From contig NW_003314309.1 in NCBI RefSeq assembly GCF_000143415.4, positions 987,996-1,051,995 of the forward strand: a stretch of DNA of 64,000 nucleotides. The letters are read 5' to 3'. This document shows, in pieces, positions 47,868 through 61,299 of this stretch. Numbering within the stretch: position 1 is the stretch's first letter; each line of letters begins with the position of its first letter. The notes beneath the pieces are model-generated. The model had not been told where the DNA came from. It did no database searches and saw nothing but the letters and a program-made list of their open reading frames with translations. Source of the DNA: Selaginella moellendorffii (lineage: Eukaryota; Plantae; Lycopodiophyta). The translations under genes and the position numbers were made by a program.

Positions 47868-49760
47868 CATGGGAGTCTTTTTGTGAAGACCATAAAATTC
47901 TAATATTGGGCAAAGTATAGTGTGTTCAATTTAGGATTGGGGACATGTTAGTGGGCCTTTTGAATGTGTATGTGCCAGTGGGGAGTTAATCCAAAAGGGT
48001 AGAGTTTTGGCATGAGTTAGTATGCTATGTACTTGCACAACCATCGGCATGGATGATCACTAGAGATTTCAACTTTATGGAAGAAGAGCTAGATAAGGAA
48101 GGGAAAGAAATAAGAGATAAGAGGACAAGAAAGGAAAAAGCAATGTGGTTATAAGTAATGCTTGCAATTTGGTTAGAAGATGCATATAACATCCTTGGGT
48201 TTGTGCAACACCAATGAAGGTACACATGGCAAAAACACCAACGGGGAATTCAACAACAATTAGATCCATTCTATGTCACTTGAATTATGTCATAATAGTG
48301 GAAAGTTGGATATTGCTACAAGGTACAGAGATTTCTCAAATTATAATTTAGTGTTATTGACTCTTCATATCCTAAAGAGATGGGGAATAAAGAGGCTACC
48401 TCCAATCTCAAAGAAAAATTTGGATGATGTAGAACTTGATGGATCCATAAAAGAGAAGTGGTACCAGAAAAAGGGTGGGGATCTCTATAAATTCATGATA
48501 AATATAGCCAATGAAATCTGGAAAAAACCATAAAACAAGCAAAAGAAAGTATTTCATAAAGTGCAAGCAATAAGAAGGAATATCAAAGCTATCAAAAGGT
48601 TGGTTAGGCTTAGATTGCAAAACACGTCTCCACCAATGTTTAGGCTCAAGGACAACCAAAGGGAGATGCATACAAATTTACATAAGATGCATAAGATGGT
48701 AGAGATATATTATCAAAAACTCTTTACTGCAAAGTTATAGACTAAAGACAGGAAAAAGGCAATGAATGAAGTGCTCTAATTTGTGCCTCATAAAGTAGAT
48801 GACTCATCTGCAAAAGCCTTATATAGAATGTTCACGCTCAATGAGCTAAAGGAAGTAATAAGGGATTTGAATAATGATAATGCCTGAGGAGGATGGAATG
48901 CCACCAGTGTATCATAAAGTAAATTGAGAGTAGTTAGGACTAGAAGTCTTGAGTACATGGAATGAGGTGATGGAACGGGAAAATGGNNNNNNNNNNNNNN
49001 NNNNNNNNNNNNNNNNNNNNNNNNNNNNNNNNNNNNNNNNNNNNNNNNNNNNNNNNNNNNNNNNNNNNNNNNNNNNNNNNNNNNNNACTGATATTACTAG
49101 AAACAATACAATACATAACATGCAAAATGGTTTTATAGAAGGGAGATAGTTGGTAGATAATATATTGACAAAGTTGCACTGCTGACATAAGAACAAGTAA
49201 AGGATCAAGGTTTGAAAATAGCAATAATACTACTAGACTATGAAAAAGTATATGATAGACTGGACTAAGAATTCTAAGAATTGGCATCCCAAATAAACAT
49301 TGAGAACTCAATTAGCAAAGATAAAGGATCAATTATTCACCCTAGAGGCAAAAAAGATGGAGGTATCCATGGATAGCCACTTTGGTCACAATAGATGGGA
49401 CAGTGGGTAATACAATTAAATTGCAATGGTCAGTAAAACAAGGGTGTATATTGGCTTCTTTTTTGTTCTTATTTGTGGTGGATACTTTAGCATATTATTT
49501 AGCAAGATAGAAGGGATGGTTTTACCTGGGTGTAAAGACTTATTATAGGACATGAGAACAATAGTAGAAAATCAATTGAAATCTAGTGCCTTTGTAGATG
49601 ACATGAGAATCATAGCAATAGATTCCCTAGAAAACATGAGCAAGGTTAAGGAGGATTTGGATTTTTTTAATCTAGCAGCAGGCTCTAGAATAAACAAGGG
49701 GAAATCAGTGGAAATATGATTGCCAAATTTAGACCCGCCAAACTAGGGAAAAGAGTGGGA
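47868..49760 (+). mobile_element. L1 LINE ORF2 remnant (endonuclease + reverse transcriptase)
   Basis: LLNVYVP, RDFN, LDYEKVYDRLD, VKQGCILASFLF, AFVDDM and GSRINKGKS in decayed frames. Confidence 0.8.
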
Positions 49761-52441
49761 CTTCAAGAAAAGTCAAATCACTAGCACTAGAATAACAAAC
49801 TCATCAAGAATACAAGAAAAGAGCAAAAGAGGGAGAGGAACTCAAGAAAAGGTATCAATATTAGCCATAAAACTCTTTTAACAATAAAAATTTTGAAGTT
49901 ATATATTTGAAGTTTTAAAGCCCATTAATCAATATAAGCAACCAACTTTTTTCCACTTCAATAATGGAGTAATTACAATATAATCACCTTCTAACAATGT
50001 CCAAAAACCATGCAAGTATAGATGAAGGTTTTTAAAACCCTAAATTGTTGCTAAAAACTCTTTTTCTATCATGGAATAATTCATTTCTACTGGTTGTAAT
50101 ATATAATCAATGGAATGATGCTAATCAAGCACATTCATGCTTTTTGTATCAACACACCTCTAAAACTAATATCAAAAGTACCCACAAACAAAATGAAATG
50201 TTAAAATTCACCAAAACTAGAGGAGTTGTCAATAGCTTTTTGAAAATCATTTATAATCCTCAAATTAAATGAAAGGCCATATTAACAACTTTAAAAATGC
50301 TTATAGTCCTCATACCAAATGAAATGATGTTAATGACTTTAACAACATTTGTAATGGTGTAGTATAATAAAAAATATAATCAACAAAATGACTAAAATAT
50401 TGCACTTTGCTAAGGAAGTACTACACATCATTTACATACTTCGAAGTAGGGAATTTAAAAATAACTAAAGTTTGTGAGAATTAACTTGTAAACTTTCATG
50501 AGAAATGTGGTACCCATAATAAGTTAGTATTTTTAAACTCAAATACACATTTTGACCACTTTAACTTCAAACCAAATTCTTGCAGCTAATTCAGTATTTT
50601 ATAGACATCATGCCCATATCCCCTTTAAGTAGGTCAAGATATCATTAATGAAGTTAGTAGTCACCTCCATAAAAACCTCACCCACTATCTACTAAAAAGT
50701 TGTCTTGTTTAAATTAAATAGCATCATGAAAAACTCATATAAATCAAATGATGCATGGATAATAGTTTTGGGAACATCCTTCTCTTGGCCATTGGCACTT
50801 ATCAGTACCCCAAAGCAAGATTTGGCAAACCAAGAATTTCACCTCAAATAATCTAGAATATTGGTGGTGTAGGGAAAAGGGTACATATCTAGGATTATCA
50901 TATCATTTAATAGATAATAGTTGATATAGAAGGAAATACTCATATTAAGCTTCATTATAAGATAAGATTCAAATGCTTAAGGAATTTGATACTTTTTTAT
51001 AACACCTTTCTTCAACATCTTTTAGACATTTCCTTATAAATTATTAATCTCCTTTGGTGACTGATGCAAAAAAGGAATCTTGATTAAATGAGCAAATAAA
51101 ATGAAATGTTACAATCTTGACTCTAGACAATAAGTCAAAATCAAAGATACTCCTACTTAAGATGATAGCACAAAAATTGTTTGAGGGATTCGAAAAGGGA
51201 ATAAAAGAACAAAAAGGAAAGAAAGTAGGAAATAATAGAGAGATAAAAATGATAGAAATAGAGGTAAAAGCAAAATAATAAAATATAATAAAAATGAAAA
51301 GAATGAAAGAAATGTAAAGGAGTATGAGATAATGGGAGAAGATTTAAAACCGTATTTGGTATGATTGTTATAGCACACAACAAATCTATATTTGCATAAT
51401 TGTGTTGTAACCATCTTATACTAAAGATGGTTTAACTTGGCACCACCTCCAATGATTAAAACTTAAACTCGAAATCACCTATACATACTGGATCATTGCC
51501 ATAGAGAATGAAAACTAGCTTTGCCAAATAATGCAAATATAGATGGCAATATATATAAAGAATAAACTCAAATCTGTATTGACAAGTTTAAAAAGGATAA
51601 TGGTATACTTTTTGCTATAAAACTGAATTTAGAAAGTGAACATAGAATGAATTAGTGCCCCTTAATGATATTCTTGAAAGAAGGATAGAAGGGTCACAGA
51701 TTTATTTGCAGAAGGTCCTTAAACTATTGCAACTCTTTATTTCTTGAAAGTATTTCAATGTCAAAACCTTCTACTAAAGTAATATAAACAAAATGTTGAT
51801 CTTAAAGCCTCCACCTAGGAAATGGAGAACATCAATCCAAAAAACATCAATAATGCTGATATATATAATTAACCGCATCACACACCTAACAATAAACATT
51901 ATTACTACAATTATATCCTCATCCTTATCTTTGAATATGGGTAGTAGTAGCATCAATCTTTATTAGAATAAATGTACACCAACCTAACACCAATAGTTAC
52001 ATGTGCTTTAGGTTCATTTCCCATGCTCATTCCCATAGAATTGCTTATACTTATTGAACATTGTGATTCTCTCAGCTGGGCTAGCTTCTGAAGCCATAAT
52101 TTTGAGATCACCTAAAGGTCGTCAAGGCATATCTCAGAGGACATTAATCTTTAAGACTTGATTTGAAACAAACAGTACCTTTACTACTTAGAGGTTCCTG
52201 GCTATCCCCGGGCTGGCAAGGTGGGAGCTAGATCTGAGACTCCTCGATCGATAACAGTTAGAGATTAAGAGGGTTCTGCAGCTCATCTATGGCCTGGAGA
52301 TAAGTTCAAAAGTTGTTCTTGGCAGAAATTAACAACTTTGCTTCAAACACCGAGCAGTATTAAGTATTTAAATTATAAGGTCAGAAAAGATAATGTTGAT
52401 CAATAAAAAAAATTAATTCAACAGAGAGTTGAATAAATTGC

Positions 52442-53512
52442 TTAAGCCTCGATAGCTCCGAGCTGTCGCTGCTTCCACCACCTCGGTTTCCATGCCGTTG
52501 CTTGTTTCAGCTGGAACGCTTGGTCCAGAGCTCGAAACAAGCGCTTCCACCCCACGTAAACGCCTTCAATCACCAGCGCCGCCAGCTCCCGTGGCGGATC
52601 AACCCGGCACACCGCCCCCTCTTTCGTGAAGCTCAGCACTCGTTCGCCACTGTCACCATAACTCGCATCGAACTCTTGCTCAGCCTGCGCCTTCTCAAAG
52701 CACTCCCGGTAGTCGTCCTTGTCCACGAACGGCGGCTCCTGCTTCATGCTCTCCGCGAACAGCACGTTTGGAAAGGGGGTGACGCCGCCGTGCATCAAAA
52801 TGGCTGCCAGGAGTATCCTCCCGATCCGACCGTTTCCATCCTTGAAGGGATGGATGCTCTCAAACTCGAGGAAAAACCGGGACCCGAGCTTGAGTAGCGT
52901 CTCGGCCCAGCTCGTGGCATTCGATTCCCTCATACCTGTGGATGAGAGCTTTCGGAGCTCTCCGTTGGTGTCACGGACCAGCCTCTCCAGAGCCGCCGGT
53001 ATGTCCGACGGCCACATGAAGACGTGCGGCAAGCCAATGGTTGTCGCGGTGAAGGCGATCTCCTCGTCGCGGCGCAGCCTTCCTGCGATGTCCGGTCGCG
53101 TCGATCCAAGGAGCCGCTTGTGCACCTCCAGGATCCCCGGCACACTCAACTCCTGGCTTCCATTCGCCTGGAGCTGATGGATCAGGGCGCTGTGGAGACA
53201 GCGCATGGCCTCTCCGGCCTCGCCGCCAGTGCCGCTACTGTCCAGCGCGCCCGCTGCCATCGCCACCTCGGTCGCCTGGAGCGTTTCGAAGCCCTCGCCC
53301 TCGATGTGATTGACCTGGAACAAGAAATGGCCCAGGCCCGTGCGCCGGCCGTAGGCTTCTGCCCAGCGCCGCTGATCCCGTGGGAGAAGCGCGTACCTCC
53401 TCATGCATTCGTGGATCCCTTTGAGCATCTGGCTGGTCCGCGGCACGGGATCGCCAACGCCGACTCGCTCGCGCCTCCAAAACGGGCACTCCTCCACATC
53501 AAAATTCTCCAT
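52442..53512 (-). CDS. Fic (Fido) domain protein, intact and intronless; putative AMP-transferase
   Basis: 356 aa; canonical HPFKDGNGRIGR; N-terminal VNHIEG resembles the (S/T)xxxE(G/N) autoinhibitory motif. Confidence 0.9.
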   Translation of the reverse strand: MENFDVEECPFWRRERVGVGDPVPRTSQMLKGIHECMRRYALLPRDQRRWAEAYGRRTGLGHFLFQVNHIEGEGFETLQATEVAMAAGALDSSGTGGEAGEAMRCLHSALIHQLQANGSQELSVPGILEVHKRLLGSTRPDIAGRLRRDEEIAFTATTIGLPHVFMWPSDIPAALERLVRDTNGELRKLSSTGMRESNATSWAETLLKLGSRFFLEFESIHPFKDGNGRIGRILLAAILMHGGVTPFPNVLFAESMKQEPPFVDKDDYRECFEKAQAEQEFDASYGDSGERVLSFTKEGAVCRVDPPRELAALVIEGVYVGWKRLFRALDQAFQLKQATAWKPRWWKQRQLGAIEA

Positions 53513-54463
53513 TGCCTTGCCCTAGAATAGTTGCCAACTCGGTCCCTTGGTTGGCGTTGGCGTTTTCTCCTGGAGCTCTTTGATAACACAGGCGGCTTCA
53601 CGATCTCACTGGTAACGCGTACTCCCTCTCCAGAATGGGAGCAATGTCCGAAAGGTCAGCTTTTTCTTCCTCTAAGATGGCTTTCAAGAGCCGAACGAGT
53701 CGAGGCCCAACACCGGTCCTTCTGGATTCGTGATCGTTGCACAGCGAACTCCGAGGGAATCGAGAGCCGGCGGAGGAGCAGAAAGATTCTGGAACATGAG
53801 AAAGAAGTTCAGAATCTTAAAAGTCTTCGCTGCTACCTAGCAAGCTTTGCTCACCAAAGTTCGAGGGTGTTGACAAGTTGAAATTTTGTGGAACTTTACT
53901 TACGGCTTGTGGAGAGCTAGCTCTCTGGTCCTGGCAACAGCAGCAGTGGCTCGCCGTCGGTTTCTTCGAGCTCATCTAGATCCTCGACACCCTCGTCGAA
54001 AAGTTCCAACTTTGTGCTAATGTAGATTGGACCCCATCCGTCACGGAGAACGATCCAGCCGCCTGCCTGCCTGTCAAGCCAAAGGTTAAAGCTGGAGCGA
54101 CGATCTCTACCTTTAGAGAGCAGGCGATCCTACCATAGAGTTTGGCAGCTCGTAGAGCGGAAACAAGAGTGCGAGCTGCCGCTTGGCGCAATTCTCCGTG
54201 CGTCGGGGCGTCCATGTCCCGAGCTCCTTTGTAGCAAGTGTCGCTCGGAGGAACAAGGTTCGTCCACCACACCTACAAAAGAAATACCCCGTTGATCATA
54301 TTCCTAGCTAGCGTGATCATAGAGATCATTCAATACCATTGCGACGACGCGAATGGAAGTCCTTAGAATTATCTGGCACGTACTCGGAGATATCCTGCGT
54401 TGCGGCATGACTATCTGGATGATATCGGCATGATCCATGAATATATTCCGAAGCAGTGCCGTG

Positions 54464-56590
54464 TTTGAGACAATCGTTGAGCGTCGAGATTTGTCGTTTT
54501 AATACTGTGGCAATCTTGCGCCCGCGAGTGGCGCTCCAAAGACGCTCTGGATCTTCCACGCGATGCTTGCCGAGGGCCTCCACTTCGACGCTCTCAGTCT
54601 CGTTGTGTCTCTCAACTCTCGCTGCGTTGCCGGGCCTGGAAACCTCTCCATGGTGGAGAGAATCCACTCCTGGATCCTGGAAAACGATCGAAAACTCAGT
54701 GCCGCAACTGGAACAGCGCTGCTAAAGATGTACCTCAAGTGTGGGAGCGTCGAGCGAGCCGAGAAAGTGTTCCAGGAGATGACCCACCGGAACGTAAAGA
54801 CTTGGACGATTCTCATCGCGGCACTGGGCGAGAGAGGCTCGATCGAGGAAGCCATGGTAGCTTTCCGAGCAACGCAGCTCGATGGGATCCAGCCAAACAG
54901 CTTCACTCTCGTCGCCATCTTCCAAGCTTGCGCCACACGGCTTGAATCCAGAGAAGACGATCGAGTGAAAGCTCTTTGCAACCAAGCCGTGGAGAGCGGC
55001 CTGCTAGCGTCGGGTTCCTGGAACGCCATCGTCGCCACGGCTGTGATTGGCACCTATGGAAAGTGCGGCAGTGTCGACAAGGCGCTGGAAGTTTTCGAGA
55101 GAACTCCCAGGGAGTCGAGGGACGTCGTAGCATGGAACTCGATCATCACAGTCTTCGTGGAGCAAAACAAGCCGGAGCTCGCACTCAAACTCTTCTGGGA
55201 GATGCAGCTGGAAGGCGAGGAGCCGACGAGAATCACGCTCTTGAAAGTTTTAGCAGCAGCCACAGCGTCAAGAGATCTTGGCGTTGGTCGTTTGATCCAC
55301 CGCAAAGCTCGGCTTCGATCGATGGACAGAGACTTGGTCGTAGGCACGGCGCTGGCGAGCATGTATAGCAAACTTGGCCGAGTGGAGGAGCTCTTGGTGG
55401 AGAGGATCGAGCAAGGCGGCCGCGACTTGGTGTGCTGGAACATGATAATCTCGGCGCTCGTCCAGCATTCTCGGAGCAAAGAAGCACTGGCCTACTTCCG
55501 GGAGATGAATATCCAAGGAGTAAAACCCGATCGAGTGACGCTTGCTCCACTCATAAGCAGCGCCACCTTTCCAGAGAACGAATCCAAGATGATACTTTGC
55601 GAGATCTCGCGGAGTGGACTCTCGAGTAACGCGGTCATCAGCAACGCCGTTCTAAACTTCCACTCCACGCGAAGGGCCGCAGGATCGAAGAGGCAAGGAG
55701 AGTTTTCGATGGATTCCAAGAGCGAGACCTCGTGTCGTTACGCCGCGGAGGGATTCGCGAGAGAGGCCGTGATCCTCTTCCACCGGATGAAACAAGAGGG
55801 ATTCCAGTCGAGTAGCGTGACTTCCACCGTGATCTTCGCTGCTTTCTCGGAGCTCCACGGCTTGGAAGAAGCTTGCCGGGTGGTGACAGTCGAGGAGAAC
55901 TTGGAGCCAGCATCGCTGTGGAGCCTCCTGATCTCTTCGTGCACGCAGCAGGGTCGATCCAAGCGAGCGCTGGAAATATTTCGAGCCATGCAGCTCCAAG
56001 GGATGCGAGTGAACAGGGAAACGCTCGTTCCAGTCATTGTCTCTTGTGGAGCTTGCTCGGCTCTGCGAGAAGGCCGCTTGATCCACCAAGAACTCCAAAG
56101 ATCAGCTCCAACGATCCTGGAGGAGGGCACTCGGCTCAAGAACGCGATGATCGACATGTATGGACGTAGCGGCAAGCTCCTCGACGTTGCCCACCATATT
56201 TTCACCGAGATCAAGCAGCCGAGCGTGATCTCCTGGACGGCGATCGTCGCGGCCTACGCCCAGAATGGCCGCGTCGAAGAAGCCACTCTCCTCTTCCATC
56301 TCATGAAGCTAGACGGCTCCTTGGCCGACACGCTCACCTTCACCACGATCCTGTCGATGTATAGCCATGCCGGGCTCCTGGAAGATGGCTGCCACTGCTT
56401 TGGATCGATCTCCCGGGACCATTTCCTGGCACCAGCCCCGCAGCACTACAACTGCATGAACGATCTCCTGGGCCGCGCCGGGCCGCCGAGTGTTTCGTCC
56501 GGGCGCCCGCCTGGACGGCATTGCTGAGCGTGTAAAACCCAGGGTGATGTGGATCGAGGGAAGCGAATACAGCCAAGAACCCTAAATTAC
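54464..56590 (+). pseudogene. Recent duplicate of PPR gene 1733-4119 with indels
   Basis: Near-identical to ~1890-4119. Compensating frameshifts/deletion at ~55660-55740 and a disrupted E domain after ~56480. Confidence 0.88.
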
Positions 56591-56652
56591 AGTGCAGAAC
56601 CCTAAAAACAGAGTTCCAAGATGAGGAACCCTAAAAACAGGGGAGGGTTTTA
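56577..56652 (+). promoter_or_regulatory. Telo-box-like AACCCTAA cluster upstream of the IGR/mS41-like gene
   Basis: Three AACCCTAA copies within ~80 bp of ATG 56656; such boxes are typical of plant translation-machinery promoters. Confidence 0.5.
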
Positions 56653-56655
56653 GCA

Positions 56656-57185
56656 ATGGCGATCTGGGCAAGGATCGGTGCGCTGCATCGATCCTGGACA
56701 ATGCGGCTGTATTCCACTGGATCGAATGCATCCGGCGAGTATCGGCCGCGCTCCAAGGCGTCGCGAGTGCTCCAGGTGCCCAGGTTTGAGCCAGACCCCA
56801 CAAGAACCAGGGCGCCAACGGGTAAAAGATAGCGAATTTCTTCCTAGAATTTGGCTTGATCGGCATTGCAGGGATTCTGGACAACCGGGGATTCACGATC
56901 ATGGATTTTCTCAAGACAATCGGACTGGAAGCTCACCACGACAAGCTCAAGACGCGGTGTGCCAGCTTGAGGGATGTGCTGGTGATCAAAACCGAGGCGC
57001 TCAAAGATCTGGGTCTTAAAGTCCGGGACGTAAGTTTGCTTGCCATCGCTTTTCTTCCATTTGAATCCTTGGCTTCTTTGCAGAGGAAATTGGTGCTGAG
57101 GCACGCTCACAATTACCGGCTGGGCATTTGGCAGCCGCGCAAGTTCAAAGCGGTGGAAGAGAAGAAAGGAGGCACGAAGAAGTGA
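56656..57185 (+). CDS. IGR-motif (SAM-like) protein resembling plant mitoribosomal mS41; 3 exons
   Basis: Introns 56822-56871 and 57030-57083 give an Arg/Ser-rich targeting-peptide-like N-terminus followed by DFLKTIG...LKDLGLKVRDRKLVLRHAHNYRLGIWQPR. Confidence 0.8.
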
Positions 57186-58196
57186 GGAGATATTCGTGAA
57201 CGCTGTAAGCACTTTTGTAGCAAAGCAAGTCCCTTTCATCAATTGTGACTACCAGACTAAACACGCAAGAAGTTGTGTAATGCTTTCTTCTTTTTCAAAA
57301 ATCTTGTAGTCTTGTTTGAACCAAATTAAATTCAAGTGTTCCCTCGTCCCCCCAAATTGGTAATCATCGTGAGTTGTGTGAGTTGGACTTGGGCATCAGA
57401 TTAAAAAATATAAATTAGCTGAAAAATATTTACTATATGAAATAAGTTTTTTTTGTTAAACTCAATTCCATAAAAAAGGGTTTTCATTCCTAATTTAGTT
57501 AAAAAATCTTGTTTTAATTATAAATTTATTTAGATAAATCTTAAAACCTAATATGATGCATAATAAAAAGTGTTGTTTCCATAATGTAACCTAATAGGTA
57601 ATATAAAAAACTTTGAAACAAAAATTTAAAAATCTTTTTATAATCTTAATAAATTGCTACACGTTGCATGCAACACTTTTTTTGCTTAATGGTAATTTTA
57701 TTATTACTTATTAATCCAATTGATCAAATAAAATTTATAATTATAAAAGTGAAAACCATGTGTGTTACATCATACATAAGAAGTTAGTCTCACTTTATTA
57801 ATTATTCATATCCTTCTCATTCCCTTTTCAAAGGATGTTTTTTTTTAATCATTAGCTTTGTTCAAACTCATTGTATTCATTATCACTTTGTCATTTATGT
57901 TTGGCCCTCCACTATTGCATATGTTTGTTTTTACTACATCAAGGTTGAATTTTCCATTTATATTTACTATGTTTATTCTCACTTCATAATCCATATTGTT
58001 CCTCCTCACTCAACTACTATATATGCTTATTTTCAGTCCATTGTTGAGGTTAGGCTTTTATCCATCCCTTTTACTTCCTCCTACGAAGTAAAAAAATGCT
58101 TGAAAGTTAAAGCACAGAAGAAACCAAGAAAAATTAAGAAAGCACATTGTGGAAGAAGAAAAAGTGGATAAAAAAGTATTACACAATGTATATAAT

Positions 58197-58357
58197 TATA
58201 ACACATATGATCATGGGATGAGATTTAAATATACTGTCACTGTGAATCCTTAAAACCTTAGGGGATAAATGAGGATATAATAACCATTAAAAGCTCTCTC
58301 ATCAATCAGTTGCCTTTTTTCAATTGGTTTGAGGGGAAAGAAATAAAGTGTGTTATA
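58197..58357 (+). mobile_element. Old solo LTR of the same TRIM family as 6832-6993
   Basis: Colinear with 6832-6993 with many G>A/C>T changes; flanks ATAAT/GTAAT are a near-TSD. Confidence 0.75.
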
Positions 58358-59113
58358 GTAATTAGTTTCGAGTTTATGTCTGAAGTGTTTTTATTTCTAA
58401 CTCTCTCTTTCTATTTTTCTTTCAGATTTTGTTTTTATCAAAGAAATGTTTAGTCACTAGTGGTTTTGATTGTAACCCAATGCTTTTTACAGTGGATGAT
58501 ATAGGATTATGGTTAATATTAAGACAATTTGATACAATTTTGAAGCTACATATTTTTAGGAACTTTGTTCATTTTCTAGATGAAGGGAAGACACCTGCAT
58601 TAGACATTAAAACTTTGACATAAGCAAAACAAGTTTGTTTTGGTTATTATACATTGATAGATTTATTTTGGTAGTTTTTTGAAGCATTTTGGAAATTCTA
58701 TAGGCAAACTAAGCACGATGTTGCCATTGAATCTCCCTCAAGTGCTCTAGAAACTTATCATAACAATTGAATTACATGAGTACCACTTGGCTTTTCTATT
58801 TACTAGTACCAAGTGTTGTTTCATATGCAAACTCTCATTCCACTAGCTCCACGTAGAGAATAGAAGGTATGAAAATTCAACACCTCTAGCATGAAGCAAT
58901 TGTAGATCAAAACTCAAAGCATTGCTAGTGTAACCCTTTACATTTGTTTTACATAGACATAGATGGGAAAGTGTGATTTGGGACATGAGCACCATGAGCA
59001 ATATGCTAGCCTAGTTTGGCATGTAACACAAGTGTGTTTATTAGTATTTCACAACAACATATTTTTAATCAAAACCCCACTCTTTTCTTTATTTCAATAG
59101 GAACAGACCAAAA

Positions 59114-59644
59114 CTAGTATGGCACTGAAGACTTGGGTTTCCCTACAGGGGGCTTCCTTGGAAGAGATGAAGAGTCACCAACAGATGGATCTTCATTAGG
59201 AGAATCAGGGAGTGATGTGTTTGGATTAGGAATATCAGGGAATGGAGTGTCTGGAGGAGTTGGGTTCTTATTGCCAATGTCACCACCACTATTACCACTG
59301 CTATTACCATTACAAATAGAAGTTCCCACATCAGGATCATCCCCACAAAAGTTGTTCATGCATGCTAGTTTTCCAAAACATTCATTGTTACTGGAACATG
59401 ATGTGCCACATTTGCTAAGGCTACCACCATTGCCACCACTACCACTTTTTGATGGGCCTTCTTTGCGATTACCACCACATATGTGGGTATTCATATTTGG
59501 GTCATCTGCACAGACATTATCCATGCATGCAATCTTACCATCACAATCACCATCTTTGTTGCATGAAGCTCCACAATTTTTAGCATTTGCAATAGTGTAG
59601 AGACAGATAAGAAGAAAAGATGCAAGCAGGATTGTATATCTCAT
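59114..59644 (-). CDS. Secreted kiwellin-like protein with two kissper-type Cys-rich repeats and no visible barwin-like domain
   Basis: Signal peptide; CGASCNKDGDCDGKIACMDNVCADDPNMNTHIC and CGTSCSSNNECFGKLACMNNFCGDDPDVGTSIC; Pro/Ser/Asp-rich tail. Confidence 0.8.
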   Translation of the reverse strand: MRYTILLASFLLICLYTIANAKNCGASCNKDGDCDGKIACMDNVCADDPNMNTHICGGNRKEGPSKSGSGGNGGSLSKCGTSCSSNNECFGKLACMNNFCGDDPDVGTSICNGNSSGNSGGDIGNKNPTPPDTPFPDIPNPNTSLPDSPNEDPSVGDSSSLPRKPPVGKPKSSVPY

Positions 59645-61299
59645 TGTAAATGCTATGTTTAAAGATTTATTTACAGCCCTTAGATATGCATAGCCTTTTA
59701 TATAGATTTAATTCATTTTATATTTGAAATCATGCCAAATTCTGCATTAGTTTCCATGTTTGAATACCTTTTAGATATGACTATTGACTTGACCAAAAGT
59801 AAAGAACCTAATTTTGTACATTTATATATACCAAAATATATAATGAATATCCCATTAGATAAAATACACTTCACAATTTTAATAGGGACTAGTTAATGGC
59901 TTTGGTTAATGAATGAGAGTTTTTAAAGGGATCATTTAAAAAAATCAGCTTTGTATGTACTACCTAGGGTGGATGTCAATAGTCCAAGTTGATTTTAACC
60001 CATAGAGCATAGCAGAATTGATCCATTGTGTTTAGCTTAAATTGTTTTCTCTTCTTCTTCCTCTTGCCCTAAATGCTCTTGAGTTTGTTCAACTTGCTAA
60101 TTGCAGCACCAAGGGCCTTCTTGCAACAAGATTGTTGCCCACCAACTCACAGCACTAAGGAGATGTTGTACATAGATTCCTCATTGAATCCTTCTTACTC
60201 CTAGCTTCTTAGTTGTGACAAGATGGCCTTTATATCTGTTTCTCATGCACTACTTTGTTCTTAAACATGCTTGAGAACACCATTGGTCTATGGTCATTCA
60301 TAATATGCCAAGATTCTTAATTTCAACTTGCCCAAAAAGATGATGAGCTATTTCTTGTACTAAGACTTATTTCCAATCACCTGAACTCACTAGAGAACTC
60401 TCTCAAAACTTCCAGCACACTTTGGATTATTATGTTTCCACAGTTGATAGTTATTGTGAGTATATGACTTTAGGTATTGAAAGATACTCATCAGCCAGTC
60501 TTTACAGACACCTTTTCTTTACTACCATAATGGCAAGAGGTTGGTACAATTGGATCCCTTTGGTAGCCCCTTTTGTGCTAGTAAAGTTAATTGGACATTT
60601 CGAGTGTATTTAGACCAAATGAGCATAAAGATGGAATTCTTACATGTTATTAGTTAAGTATATTTAGCCCAATAAGGAATTCTCGTCTCATTGTGTTTGC
60701 ACTAGCTAGTGACAAGAACTTTTGTGTATTAAGTTTAATCCTTCAATATTGCTACATAATACTTTATCGTGTTTGCGAAACACCCTCACTATCATACCGT
60801 ATATGTTGATTCTGTTCCAGATTTATATGCTATTTATGGTAAGTGTCCAAGAGGTATATCTATAAAATGTAGAGAGTGTTCTGAACCCTATAGTGTTGTT
60901 CTTGTTTTCAAATTTACATCTAGCGTCATTCCATATTTAGTAAATTTCATGCTTATCCCAAGTACTAAAAGGGGCTTAGGGTGAAAGCCTAAAGCATGTG
61001 TTCCTAGGTGGGGGGGGTGGTTGAAATGCATGTTTAACCACTTGAGACATTAGTTTGGCTTTTACTGGGATATGTCATTCCCTGTTTTGCATTTAACTTG
61101 GGTTTAAACCCAAGCTTTATGCTACTTTAGTTAGTGGGGTACCCTCTTCTTCGTGTTAGGCCACTGATATGCCGAAATCATGCCAAACACCATCTGACAC
61201 CATTTAGCATGCAAGTGCTAGATACGGGGAGCTAGTGCTCATGGGATTGCGAGTGTACTGAACCTTTGTTTCATAATGCAAGAAACTTAGAGTTCGGCT

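Noticed and set aside
53531-54330. ORFs between the Fic gene and the PPR duplicate
   Set aside because: No recognisable motifs or consistent exon structure; cannot support a gene call.
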